Origin: Tubulanus polymorphus
Taxonomy: Eukaryota; Animalia; Nemertea
DNA: 64,000 nt
Direction: 5' to 3'
Assembly (NCBI RefSeq): GCF_964204645.1
Contig: NC_134026.1
Coordinates: 12,894,050 to 12,958,049 of the forward strand
Part shown: piece by piece, positions 1 through 13,318 of the stretch
Position numbering within the stretch: position 1 is the first letter of the stretch
Layout of the letters: every line of letters begins with the position of its first letter
Notes under the pieces: model-generated
The model's database searches: none
What the model was told of the DNA's origin: nothing
Seen by the model: only the letters and a program-made list of their open reading frames with translations
Position numbers and translations under genes: made by a program

Positions 1-170
1 ACACAAGTTATGCTTGATTCTCATGTTCAAATTTAATTCAAATTTATTTTATTACATCATATTTACAAAGCATATCATTGGTTCATACAGTAATAAAAAT
101 TAGGGCAGAACAAATATTATTACAGAAACTCCAAAAAGGCAATGAATTTCTATAACTAAATGAACATTAT

Positions 171-730
171 TTTTAGCCCACTTGGGACTTTAGTCCCAGC
201 GGGCTATTGCGTTCACTTTTCGTCCGTCGTCCGTCCGTAGACGGAAATCAGTTATTTTAGGAAGTTTTGAAGACGCTTCAATGTAATGTCTTGATATTTG
301 GGTTACACATGTATCTACCCTAGACACATCTTCAGCCCAAAAACTGGCCCTGTCAGAATCAAGATGGCCGAATGGCAGCCATTGTTATTCGCCAAAATCA
401 ACACTTTTTACACATTTTTGAACTTTTTGAGGGAAATTTTGAAGACGCTTTGATCAATTACCTTGATCTTTCGTATATATGTGAATGCCCCCTGGGCCCA
501 TCAGCATAACAAAAATTGGGATACGGACTCAAGATGGCCGTCCAATGACCTTTTTTAGTGCCCAAAAATGTCAATTTTGGCCCGAATTCTCAGTTTGCCA
601 TTTCTCATTGCAGTTTGTGATGGGTATTCTTTGAAAAGGGATGTTTTATACCTTTGATACCTGAATTGTTAGATTGTTGAGCATTTGGAACTACTTCCAA
701 AGTGGGCATGGTGTCCCTGGACCCCTAGTT
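171..730 (+). mobile_element. Non-autonomous Helentron-type element (HINE/DINE-1-like)
   Basis: Starts TTTTAGCCCACTTGG with a 5' hairpin (GGGACT/AGTCCC) and a (CGTC)n microsatellite. Ends with inverted subterminal CCAAAGTGGGC, a short 3' hairpin and CTAGTT. The interior is similar to 5865-6270. Confidence 0.65.
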
Positions 731-2569
731 CTAATAACTCAGATCAAGAGTGACTCTCCCGTTTATTAGGAAACACACGCAACTTGTGGAATAGGTTTGA
801 TCACACATGTTGCAGGTATCAATTGTTTATCACTATAGAATTTGTAATCCATAAAAGCCAAAATCAACATCAGCCGGAAACCCAGACCAAATCAATTCAT
901 AATTTATTGATTGAATCTACACTACAATATATGTATAAATTCAAATATTTCAATAAAAACATTAACTTCTTAAATCTATTCTAAATCATAATACGTTCTT
1001 ATCTGTGAATTCACTCAATCTATCGGCTCAGCAGGTGCTTAAGATGAGTTCTTAATAGGACAGATCCATTTTTAAGGATGGTAATAATACAGTATCATGA
1101 TGTTTGAATGCCAAAATAAATGCCTGGTCAAATATATTAATATTTGTGATTGTACGTCCGCGTATGTTCAGTTTCAAAGCTGAATCATATTTGACGTTTA
1201 CACAGTGGTTGCATATTAGGTTCGAATCTGTCAATGCATTTTATTCTATGTATCGATATTTCAATTTACTACAATTCCCATCATTCTGAATGGCTTTACA
1301 GAAAACCCGTCATCGCTGCTTTGCAGCTATATTTTATTTTGCTTTGTCTTTCACTTGATAGATATATATTTCAATGACAATGTTTAGTTTTTTACCTGTG
1401 TTGATCAAGCTCCATTCTGCAATTGAATAAATCGAATGATTATATGTTGAACTAAAAAAATCAGTATCAGTTACTTTGTAGGTAGAATTAATTTTTTTTT
1501 TTCAAGACGTTTACCTTCTTCAGTCATTTGAAAATTCATGTCGCTATTGCAGACGCTCTTTGTTGTTTGATTACCAGTCGGAAGATGGCAGCACCTGATG
1601 GTGCTAATTTCTATGCGAAATATAGTGTTAAAATTGGCATTGCACTTTAAAAAGAAACCACAGCGCAGCGCAGTAACAAGAAATAGAGGTAACTAACGTT
1701 TTTTTTTCAGGATTAAATAATACATGCAATTTATTTATGATATTAGACATTCACATTACTATTTACAAAAATTGAATTTAAAGGCCGACTTCAAGTATAA
1801 AAGGCTCATCATCTGTCAGACATGGCAGTATCTGTGAACCCATGGAGCAGTCAAGAGCTCCGCCGTTGAAACTGGAATTTCTATAATATCTCTGTCAGTT
1901 AACCGATTTGGACCCTCCTTTTTGTCAGGGATATGTGTAAACATGTAATATAGTCATATCTATGGTTTAAAATTTAGTTTAAGCCCTCCTTCATGCATAA
2001 ATTAGCAATTTACTTAGTGCATTCTTCAAATTTTCAAATCTTTGAATGACAAGCTGGGAGGAGTTACTCACCTCACCACAGAGAGCACAGTGACCTGTAG
2101 TCATAAACCTATATAAACAAAACAGTTGCAGCTCTCTAGTGCGTAATTTCATCAAAATCGGACAAAAATTGAACAAATTGAAAATACAGATTTTATGTTC
2201 AACTCCATTATTACTGGAGGAATTCTTATAAAAAAACATCTACAAAACCAGCGAATTCTAATTAAGAAGATTACTATGACCAAAATGATATCAAACGTAT
2301 GCGAAAAAAGTTTTTTTTTATGTGTCACTGTGATACTGGTGTGAGCCAGATGTGTTCCAGTAAACACTATAAACAAACTACCGCTTGCTAGTTGCTAGTG
2401 GGATGTGGCCTGCACTGCAAATCTCAAGTACCAACCGGTGGGTTTTTGGACCTCCATTTGTGTCGGCCTTTAAGTCAACTTATATTCAGAGTTTTATATT
2501 GGCACTGCTGCACCGTGCGCGTTGCCGTTACTCAATTATCGTCGATTCTGGCGAACGTTGTCAGTAACC

Positions 2570-3760
2570 TGCCTGTGTGGTTTTGTTTCACGATCGGATA
2601 TTTCCACAGCGTTGGTTAGCACAATCTGATTATAAAAGCTTCAGGCGAACGATGAATCTGCGGCGGGTAAACCCTAAAAAGTGGAGAATTATCAAAAGTT
2701 CTTGATGTTTGGTAAGTGCCTGTCAGTGATGGAATCTCTGTATGTATTTCTAACATACAATATTAATATTAATGTTTTCTAAGACTGATTCGTTCATCGT
2801 AAAACCATGCGTAATTCTTTGGAGTGGAAATTCATGTATAATTTGGCCATTAAGAATGGTCGGGATGTTTTAATTTCAAGACAATTGCAAATAAATAATG
2901 AGTCTTTTATTTTGACGACGATGATGTTATTACAATTGTACCTGCCTGTACTTCAAATTAGGCACAATGCCCAAATCCTGGTTTCTTCAACAGCCGTTAA
3001 AATTTGACATTTTTTAAGTTGCTCAACAGGCACCAGGCATGGTGCGAATGCTGCTTCTGTTGTGAATGTCCACCAGAATCCGTTGTCATCAAGTCTTGGC
3101 CTGCTTAGGCATTTTATTAGTGCCAATTCCTTGAAAAAATGTCAATTTCAGTGAAGTTGTGTTTGGTAGGAGGCAACGAAGCCCTGGTTAAGATGGAAGA
3201 AGAAAGGAAAGGACACGCACCTGTTCATTGCATTTAATGAATCTGATGATTTAGGATATATAGGTATATCGTATGTGACCGTTAATTTCAACAGCATTTC
3301 TTCGACGTCGATCGTCATATTCGTCAAATTCGATTTGTACATATGAACTACAGGTTTTTAATCTGCGGTTTTGTTCATAACTGAAATGATGTGCTACATA
3401 GACAAGATACGGTATGTAGAGATTTGTATTGAGATTTTCATGATAACTTACATTTGTGTTCTATAGTGATATAACATTTCTGAATCGTGGTCTGATACCA
3501 CAGCCATATCGTAATTTTCGATCGGATCAAAAATAATTTGTCTGAAATATTATATATCATCATTTTTATTAATATGAAATGCAAATTAGATATTTTAGAA
3601 TTCAGGTCTCTAAGAATATTTACCCATCGAAAAACTCCTCTAAGGCGTGTAGCAGCTCATCAACCGGTGGTATTAGAGAGGATTTCCCATACAGGTAACA
3701 GTCGTGTTGGTGTATTATATACTCTCTGTATGTAATATCCGCTGTTATTTTATGATTTTG
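2570..3760 (-). pseudogene. Heavily decayed MULE/Mutator-like transposase remnant
   Basis: Minus-strand peptides TIDVE, FFHLNQ and SPEAFIIRLC*PTLWKY resemble the MULE motifs DFE, CxFHxxQ and TNNxxEx(F/W)..HPxxW. Many stops and frameshifts; boundaries approximate. Confidence 0.35.
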
Positions 3761-4437
3761 CTCATCCTCGTCGTGAAACACCTTTTTTTCGAAATATATT
3801 GAAAATTGATAGCCAAAATTTGTTTAATTTAGAAAATAAGTTGATTATGTTCCAATTTGAGGAATTAAAAGAGCAAATACAGTAGACTCCTTGATTCGAA
3901 TCCTTTTGTTGAAAAAAAAAATTTGAGTTGATTGTAGTCAGATATTGTTGAGATCCTATGTAAGTATTATACTCACAGTAGGTAAGAATGATCTGAGAGG
4001 TAATGGAAGATCTTCATTCCTTAGTTTCTTGGCCGAGTTGTACAGAAGTAATACCTAGAAATAGATACATTGTGTATGCATACATGTGGTTTTATGAACA
4101 AGTTAGAATTTTGGGAATCGTACCTGGTGCTTTTTCATCAAGCTTTTCTCTACTTGATTTGCTGTGTTTATCGATTTCAGCTTATTTGAAAAATGATTCA
4201 GCTGCAAACATGTTGCTATAAGGTGCCGTTCCGAAAGTCTTGACTGTTTCTATTAGATGATGGTGAAGATGATAATGAATCGTCAACATCGAAGCAGGAA
4301 AATAACGTTCTATGTCTACCAGATTTGCTGCCATGTCATTTGATAAGTTGAGCCATTCATTATCTGTATTTGTTGAGTAGATTTCTTAAAAGACAGGGGT
4401 TGAAATGTGTACTAATAGTTTATGCAAGGTTTGGTAT

Positions 4438-6677
4438 TTTTAGGCCAGCCGTAGGCTGAGCCTATTACTATACAAATGGAGCGAATTTAAATGACATGGT
4501 TTCCACACAAAAGGCTCTTTTGCTTGCCAAGTGAGGGCATATTCGAACAAATCACGTATTTAAGCGTAATCCATTCTCGGAATCGTAGCGAGCAGAATTT
4601 TGAAATAGGGTCTCATAAAAATGTTTTCTGCATTTTTCACGAAAGTTAAATCGGGAAAATTTCAATTTTTATCAGCCAATCAGGAAGTTGTGTCTTCCCT
4701 GTGATTGGTTTATTTGAAAATATCAGCAGCTGTTCACGTGAATTATCGCGATTTCATTACTGGCGCTTTTGCGCATGACGTCATGTATCAACACGCGACA
4801 ATACTTCCGCGTTCGCTACGTGTTCGCTGATTGGCCCATTTACTGGGAAATTCCACAGAAGCCTAATGTGGTTTGTTACAAGCGCTGTGATTGGCCCGAC
4901 CCGATTCTGGCATTGCTTTAGCTTAGTGGGTTCGAATCCCTTGACGGGTGAAGATGATGGATCCTATCAATATCTATTGCAACAAATAAGTTTCCCGGTT
5001 GGGCAGCCGCGGATATCTACCGGAAGTGTTCCGGTTCGATATTTCGAGGTTTCTTTGAATTTTGGAGTGATATTGAAATCCGGTAAATACCAGCGGTAGA
5101 TTGTGAAAACCCATTGCATGATATTTGTATTACTTAATCAACGAAAAGCGTCGGGGCCGCGCCAGGAGTTTTCGTGATTCAAGTAGCGCAATAGCCTACT
5201 TCTTCGTGTTCGTCCACCTCAATTTTCACTCCGCCGATCTCTGACACGGCTCTGTCCCCGTCGGCGCTGTGATTGCACTTTCGTACCACCAAAATTTTTT
5301 ATTTCTATATCAGGGATGTCTGGAGAATAAAAAAGTCAAAATTTGGATATCACATAGGCCTGATTTCATCGAATAAGTCGACCATGGTCGTTAAGTTTCC
5401 GTACTTATTACCACCTAAAACCGTCTGAACAATTTTGTCACAACCAACATTTCGTTTACAGAAATCAGGTGTTCACGTGAATCCGCGGTATCGTCTACTG
5501 TTTTACTTCCGGGTTTTATTTAAAGATTTAAAATTGTATTTCAAGATCGATTTCTATGAAATCTTTAGTTGATTTGGTGTTTGGGAGGAATTTTTATTTG
5601 CTCTACAGAAAATTCATCCTTGACAATTGCGCAAGGTTCGCGAAAAAAAGGTTTTACCAAATCGGGTGTATGACCTTGATATGCTAATTAGCCATGTGCC
5701 CGAATTGCAAATTCAATCAAATTTTATTCTGCCAAAAAATGTTAAATACAATTCGCTTTCCGAGAGTTAATGGTATGCTGCATGGAACAAAGTTGTTTTG
5801 AGATGGGTCTTGAAGCTATTGAGGTCGAGAGATAACCATCTAGATAGTTCGTGAGAGTTCCAAAGTTTTGAAGACGCTTCAAGGTAATGTCTTGATATTT
5901 GTTTTATACGTGTATCTACCCTAGACACATCTTCAGGCCAAAAACTGGCCCTGTCAGATTCAAGATGGCCGACTGGCAGCCATTGTTGTTCGCCAAAATC
6001 AGCACTTTTTACACATTTTTGAAGTTTTCGAGGGGAATTTTGAAGACACTTTTATCAATATCCTTGATCATTCGTATATATTTGTATCCCCCGAGGGCCC
6101 ATCGGCATGGGAAAAATTGAGTCGATCGGACTCAAGATGGCCGTACCGTGACCTTTTTTGTTCACAAAAATGTCAATTTTGGCCTGAATTCTGAGTACTG
6201 TAGCTTTCTAATGGTGCGCCATGTTTCATTGCAATTTGTAATGGATATTCTTTGGAAAGGGATCTTTTATATCCGAGAGGGTATTTTTGACCAGGCAATT
6301 ATGACGCACTTGGCAGCCATCTTGGGGTCATCAGTACTCATTCGTAGGTGGAAAAAAAGTTTTTCCACATCATAATTGATACTTAAGCATATTTTGCTAC
6401 TATAATCTATTGGAAAGTTGTAGCTCATGACATGTTCTATGATCGAGGTGAGTTTCAAGCTCATTGGTTTTTTTATGGCCACCAGGGGGAGTTGAACAAT
6501 ACAATAACTTAGTATTTCTATATTACATTCGTTCCTGCTGTTTGTGTTAACACACGATTTTACTATGTAAATGATATTGAGCAGGGAGTGTATATTGATA
6601 AATATAACCCACAGATTACATCATTTATAAAAAGCAAATCTGACAGGCTGGCCATTGTGCCCCTTGGGGCTCTTGTT
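4438..6677 (+). mobile_element. Non-autonomous Helentron-type element (HINE-like), composite interior
   Basis: 5' TTTTAGGCCAGCC with hairpin, and 3' inverted subTIR CAGGCTGGCC followed by hairpin GCCCCTTGGGGC and TCTTGTT. Segment 5865-6270 is shared with the element at 171-730. Confidence 0.55.
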
Positions 6678-7071
6678 TGGATATAATAGTTCGCTTACTT
6701 TCGATTAATTTGCAATAATCTCGAACTGTCCGCCTTTGGTTGTTGCCGAGCATTCCTCTTATGCAAAATAACAATGGTCCATGTATGGCTGCCTGAAAGT
6801 TATTTGCACATTAAAACTAATGATTGAAATTTATTTGGTTTATGAGGTATTCACATCAAGTAAATTTGATGTCATACCTATATTAAATCATAAGATTTTA
6901 TGTCATTGGCAAAATTGAATACTTTGTCGTCGCCTCGGAATGAACAACCAAGAGGTGCCCGAATAGATTTACATCTTTGTTGTACTAATATCTTTTCCAT
7001 AGCCGTGAAATTCCATTCTGCCAGTGGGATGTTCATGTCATTTAACTGAAATTTGTGAGAAATAAAAAATT

Positions 7072-7237
7072 TCTCCCTCTCCCTCTCCCTCTCCCTCTCC
7101 CTCTCCCTCTCCCTCTCCCTCTCCCTCTCCCTCTCCCTCTCCCTCTCCCTCTCCCTCTCCCTCTCCCTCTCCCTCTCCCTCTCCCTCTCCCTCTCCCTCT
7201 CCCTCTCCCTCTCCCTCTCCCTCTCCCTCTCCCTCTC
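7072..7237. repeat. (CTCTCC)n microsatellite
   Basis: Perfect hexamer run of ~27 units. Confidence 0.98.
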
Positions 7238-8223
7238 AACGACTATTGTTGAGTCGTAATGTTAGAATATCTGAAATCTTTATTCCTAATACTATTGAAT
7301 TCTGGTGCGAGTCGTGCACTTGTATTAAGGGCAATATGCCCTTGTTAATCTCCTCCTTTGGTGGCCGGTTGGCCATCTTATCTACCTTAAATGTTGTAAA
7401 TAAGAGATAACCTCGAGGTTGTGTATATATTGTTCATTGTTCGAATATTTCCAACAAATAATAAATAGTATTCAAGAGAATATTATCATATACATAAAAT
7501 TCTAAATCTTTGCCTTTTTCCCTAAACTATTTTTGTGGTGTCGGATTTACTATCAATTGAGTAAAGGATTTTCTTGTGCATTTTTGGGATTCTGTGACAC
7601 CATAAAATATTCTTGAAGAATCTTGTGGGTTGGAGAGTTTAGGGCATCATGTAAGTCTTCAAAAAGGGGAAGCATTGAGGGCACCCTCTAGTGGGAGAGG
7701 CCAAATATTGGTGAATGCTCCTCGTTTTATTTAGTTGGTATCTATTATTCTTTTTGAAGCTAAACGCCTGATCAGGTCGGCTGTGGAGGCCGGAAATACT
7801 TGTAGCGCTGGACGCAGTCCTGTATTTCCTCCTCAGTCGGAGAGAAAGCTAGGGGATTTTTATTTTATTTGACTCATTCATGATTCTTCTATTAATTCTT
7901 TTGGTCACAGTTTTTCATACATGGACACGCCTTTTTCATGGGTGATTTGTGAGGACATTCAGTCACCCGTGTTACAATTATGACTTATCACTGAGAATTA
8001 GGACTCCATTAAGTATTCTCACTCACCAGAGGAAGACTTGACAGAGGGAGAGGGAGAGGGCGAGGGCGAGGGCGAGGGCGAGTTACCTGTATTCCCTCTT
8101 GGTCGAGGAAATTCCGAGAGTTGAGACCTTAGACTTGACATTATGAATTTTAACGGAAACGGAAGTAGATTTTTGTAGTCACTTGCCAGAGCACGCTACC
8201 CCGAATCCCGGTATTCCGCTTCA

Positions 8224-8450
8224 TTAGCATTGCCACGATTGGGTGCCATATTTCTACAATTTCTGCAAGGAAGGAGTCTTGAAGTGTCTTTCGTTTTCGG
8301 GTAGGCATCCTCGCTTGCCAGGAGTCCAGTGTCGCTCCCGAACTCGCTTCCACCAGCCCCCTGGCCTCACGACGCGCGATTTCATTACCGGCGCTTTTGC
8401 GCATGACGTCATATATCAACACGCGACAATACTTCCGCTTTCGCTACGTG
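8224..8450 (+). repeat. Dispersed GC-rich repeat with an inverted copy at 10950-11173 and a partial copy at ~4746-4905
   Basis: Near-identical reverse-complement match. The ORF track shows mirrored peptides (MPYFYNF.., MLIYDVMRKS..) at both loci. Confidence 0.85.
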
Positions 8451-10043
8451 TTCGCTGATTGGTCCATTTACCGGGAAATTCCATAGATGCCCAATGTCAT
8501 TTGTAACAAGCGCTGTGATTGGCCCGACCTGATTCTGGTCGGCTAGTAACGACTCGTGAGGTCAAGCGGTTCGGAGAACAGCTTTAGTGTAGTGGGTTCG
8601 AATCCCTTGACAGGTGAAGATGCCGGGTAGGGTACGGGGTAAAACCTGGTTTACTTTCTCTTTCTACTTGCTGGAGACTACTATCTGCATTGTATTGCAT
8701 GCTTTGATTTGACTGGCTTATGAGAGTCGAACAACGTTTTCCCATACACAGGCTTGGCTTTAGTACTAGATGAAGGCTAGGCACTGCACATTGTGGATTG
8801 ACTGGAACTCTAAACTCACAAAATTAAACGAGTCAACAAGAAAGATCCAATAATTTGACGTTTGTCTAACTATATTATTTAACAGCTTAAAATAATACAT
8901 AACACATTCTGCTAGAGTACACAAAAGAAATCAGTTCTTACATTATATCAGAATCAATAGTTCGCTTAACTCGGGCTTGAATTCTGGTTCCATTGCTTCA
9001 TATTCTAATGAAATTCACTAGCATACCTTAGAATATTGCTTAGCTTAAGATAAAAAATTTGGTACCAGGAAAACGGGGAAGTAAAGTGGGTGTACTGTAC
9101 ATCCGCAATTGACTTATTTCTCTCTGGTTGAATCAAGTTATTACTGAAATAGCATTCGAATAGCCATTTTGTTTTTAAAAATTATGTCGTTCAGCTATCC
9201 TGGTGCAAATTTCGGAGTTTAAGTTAACTAGTGCCATCTGATTTCTCAGTATCTCAAATTTGCACATTCTTAGCCCGAGTCTAAAAATAGAAAAAATTGC
9301 ATTTTAAGTAGGAAATAAAAGAATAGTGGCTAATACACCCTGGAGATATAGCCTATGGGGTGGGCCTAGTTTGAAAGCACTGAGGTCCGAGGGAACAGCA
9401 CTTTGTAAATGAATACTGAGATTAAACTTACAAAACACCCAATACTTGAGATGATGTACTTGACAAGAAGTGTGTCCAGCTAAGCAAATCAACTTTGTCT
9501 ATGACTCCTCCTTTTATAGTCTAAAAATAAGAATCGGTACATTTTTCTAACAGTTGGTATGTCATTTTTTTCAAAAAAAAAACTTATTAATATCACACCA
9601 CAGCAAATAAGTAACAGTTGTTGAATGATTTGCCCGATTTAGATTAATTGGTTGACGCTAATTAGTATGACCTATAAGTAGGGGCCTACTGCATGTCATT
9701 GGCGTCAATCCATTCCATTCCACGGTGAATTAAAAAGAAATTTAGTTAGATCCATTTTGTCCAAAACCTGCATCATTTATATAACTAGCTGTCAAATTTA
9801 ATTTACCTCCTTCAGAGAATGCCATAGTACGTCGCCCATCAACGTGTTGACAAAAGAAAAGTTGCTCATAATCCTGTTTTATACATGAACGTAACGTCTT
9901 GCAGAAGTATCCCATATTCTTGAAATATTAAGCATAGTGTTTAAGTTGGCTTGCACGGTTTGTGAATGGGTTTTCCTCATCATGCTGCCTGTATGCATTA
10001 AAAATCCGGATTTCAAGCAAATTAATTCGTCCAACAAGTGGCC

Positions 10044-10780
10044 GTCAAACCGTAATGTTTCCAATGTCTCCGTTTTTAACGCATGCGCATTAGGCTTAGT
10101 AAGTGTTGGAAAAGTCTAAGTCGAGAAACCAGCACAGTGCGCAGGCGTCACGACAGTACGTATTTACATGTTTCAAAACTGGGTCATGTCAGCACGGTAT
10201 TCGCTTGAAATGAACCAGCGTGAACTTTAGCAGCAGGATCGTGATGTCTAAATAATCTCGTATCATATGCTTGCGTATCATATGTTATTACAGTTAAATG
10301 AATTGTCCAAATAGATAAACAATGGCATTGGGATCACCATAGAAAGTGCACCAAAGCTCATAATGGTTAGCATTTCGAGATCAGCATTTTCGGTATTCGA
10401 AAATGATAGCGCCGTGTAAAATAAATCAGCGACCTGGAGTCATCGAAGTTCAATTTGAATTGAAATAAGTTCAGTATTTTTCGGGGCTTGAATCTGGTAG
10501 CGCCGCAAAAATACACGAGTGACACTGGGGTCATCAATGTTCAAATCGAATTGAAATAAGATATTTATTTATTGTGGGATTCGAATCTAATAGAAACGGA
10601 AACATTGGAGTCATCAAAACACACATTCATTATGCGTACTGACATGACCCAGTTTTGAAAGTTCTGACATGTAGTGACGCCTGCGCACTCAACCGATTTC
10701 TGGACTTAAGAGTATTTCCCCAACACTCACTAATGTGCATGCGTTAAAAACAGAGACATTGGAAACATTACGGTTTTTGC
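10044..10780. mobile_element. MULE/Mutator-type MITE
   Basis: Imperfect TIRs of ~150 bp (AAACCGTAATGTTTCCAATGTCTC / GAGACATTGGAAACATTACGGTTT), flanked by an exact 9-bp TSD CAAGTGGCC (10035-10043 and 10781-10789). Confidence 0.85.
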
Positions 10781-10949
10781 CAAGTGGCCCTCTAGAAGTA
10801 TACTCCACACATGCTGCCCATGCATGTCTCTGTAACCGAAGGCGGAGACTAAAACACGGTCTAGGACTCGGCAGCGGACACCGGCCCGGAAAATATTTCA
10901 TAACGTGTATTGTCGGTACCTAGCACGATTTCAGCGTTTTTCTGGAATT

Positions 10950-11173
10950 CGTAGCGAAAGCGGAAGTATTGTCGCGTGTTGATATATGACGTCATGCGCA
11001 AAAGCGCCGGTAATGAAATCGCGCGTCGTGAGGCCAGGGGGCTGGTGGAAGCGAGTTCGGGAGCGATACTGGACTCCTGGCAAGCGAGGATGCCTACCCG
11101 GAAACGAAAGACACTTCAAGACTCCTTCCTTGTAGAAATTGTAGAAATATGGCACCCAATCGTAGCAATGCTA
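10950..11173 (-). repeat. Inverted copy of the 8224-8450 repeat
   Basis: Reverse-complement identity apart from a few substitutions. Confidence 0.85.
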
Positions 11174-13318
11174 AGTACAGTATACTATGACGGTTGAACC
11201 TTTATTCACACCGAAATAGAATCAAAATAGTCATAAGATCCATGCTAGCACTTAATTTGGGTTATCAGGTTCAGCCTAACTAGCTGTACTTTCATTCAGC
11301 TACTACTTTTGTATGAGACTTGGCAATGATAAGTTGCAAGAAATCACCAAACATAAGAAAAAATATTGAGAATTTATAGACGGACGCCGGGTGCCGTAGG
11401 CGCCCGGAGGACGTCCCTTTGATAAACGCGTATATGTGGATTCTAGAAAGTGTCTTCTTAACCGATTCTGACTTACTGACAAAGTCAGAAAAAATGACGT
11501 CAGAGTACGTCCGGTTCGAAGTTCATGGGGAAATCGGAAGTAGAATTACGTCACGCTAAAATCTGGCAGCGAAGTAACTAAAATCCGGCAACTTTTGGAT
11601 CGGGTGATTTCAGAATGTATTTATTTCGTGAAATGTCGACCAAGATTGGATCGTTGAATCGTTTAACAATGAACCACGTTGAGCGAACGTGGACGTATTC
11701 AAAATAGCTGAAATTCCCTTAGCAACACGACCGAATTCATAATAACAAACGCGCCCGGCCGGTCCGGCACCGCGCACGGGTTCGAATCCCGGAGAATTAC
11801 GCTCTAGCGCGCAAGTACAGCAGTCAACCCCAGCCGCAGCACTGAAATATTTAATATTTATTTTATCAAATTAAATGACTCTAAAACAGCGATGAGAGTC
11901 GCGTTAGACTGAGTCGTACGATTTGCTTAAAATTTCACGGCAGCGCGGCGGATCGCCGATCGGTCTCGCTCGAGCAGCAGCAGCAACATCGCGGTCGGCA
12001 ACAACATTTAGTCTCCGCCCCTTCTTTCGCCAAATAAGGAATTCGGTACCGCAAGCCACGTGCACTACTTATTTACTTGAGCCGTAGATTCCCGGTACTC
12101 GACATTACCGGAGGATTAGAAACAAATTAATATTTTTCGTAAGAGAAATCAATGTTTGTATTGATATTTGAATTTTCCTGCTGATAATTAATTAATTCGA
12201 TTCTTTCTGGCAGAAAATAATTTTCCGATTGGTGCATTTTAACGCGTCTTTCATTTTTCTCCGCAATTAAAAAATTCGTAGTTATCTTCTTGTCCTTTTG
12301 TTTTCGAATGGTGCTAATTTCTAAATCAACGACCAGGTCAAAATTCTTCAATCTTGCAAAAAACCAGTCTCAGTCTGACTCAGTTTCACTTCGAAATGTC
12401 GGGTTACAGTGGGTTTGCAAAGTGGTTTAAACCATCGAATAATTCTAAATACACTAATCTAAATCGAAATAGTAGCGACAAACAGTGCCACGGGTAAGCC
12501 AAAGACCAAAAATTAATATCAATAAATAATTCAGTTGGGAAATTAGGTCAAGTCTTTTTTCTGGCAGAAAATGGAATTTCATTATCTTAAAAGCCGAAAT
12601 TTTCTATAACCAGAAATGTATCAAACTTAGAGTTGCAGTTTCATCGTCTTCCCCCTCCCCAAACCCTCTGGCATTATTTTTCATTTTTCCAAGTTTTATC
12701 TAAGAATTGATATGCTTTGGGCCCAAAGTACAATTTCAATATGAAAAAATTGATTAAAGTTACTTTCCAGTTTCATGGGATTGACAACAATTAATTGTCT
12801 CTGTGTTCCTAGTCACTGACAATATTTTGAGCGTATTTCGTTATACACTCAAAATACACAATACATGCACAATACACAATATCAATATACACGAGGTTGT
12901 TTTCGAATCGAATGATTTGTAAGTATAAAAAATTAAATCAAGCTGTGACGAAGCGTCCGTCACTTAGATTTCATCTTATTACATATTATTACTGTAATTA
13001 AGAATTTATTCAAATGAAGTGATAATTTCATTGTTAGATCGTACCGGTATATGCGCATAAAACAAAAAACACATCTAACAATCTACGCAATCCGCAATCG
13101 ATCAACTCGAACATGACGACGACCTCAAGGCATGTCTCTGTAACCGAAGGTAGAGACTAAAACACGGTTCAGGACTCGGCAGCGGAAACCGGCCCGGAAA
13201 GAATTTCAAAACGTGTATTGTCGGTACCTAGCACGATTTCAGCGTTTTTCGGGAATTCCCTGAAATTTCGGCGTTTTTATTTCAGTGTTTCAGCTTTTTC
13301 AGCGAAGTTCAGGAACCG

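Noticed and set aside
7042-7252. Poly-RG and poly-LP ORFs
   Set aside because: These are translations of the (CTCTCC)n microsatellite.
8560-8650. tRNA genes suggested by GGTTCGAATCCC B-boxes (also ~4929, 11779, 27942)
   Set aside because: No cloverleaf could be folded; at most these are SINE-like or degenerate heads.
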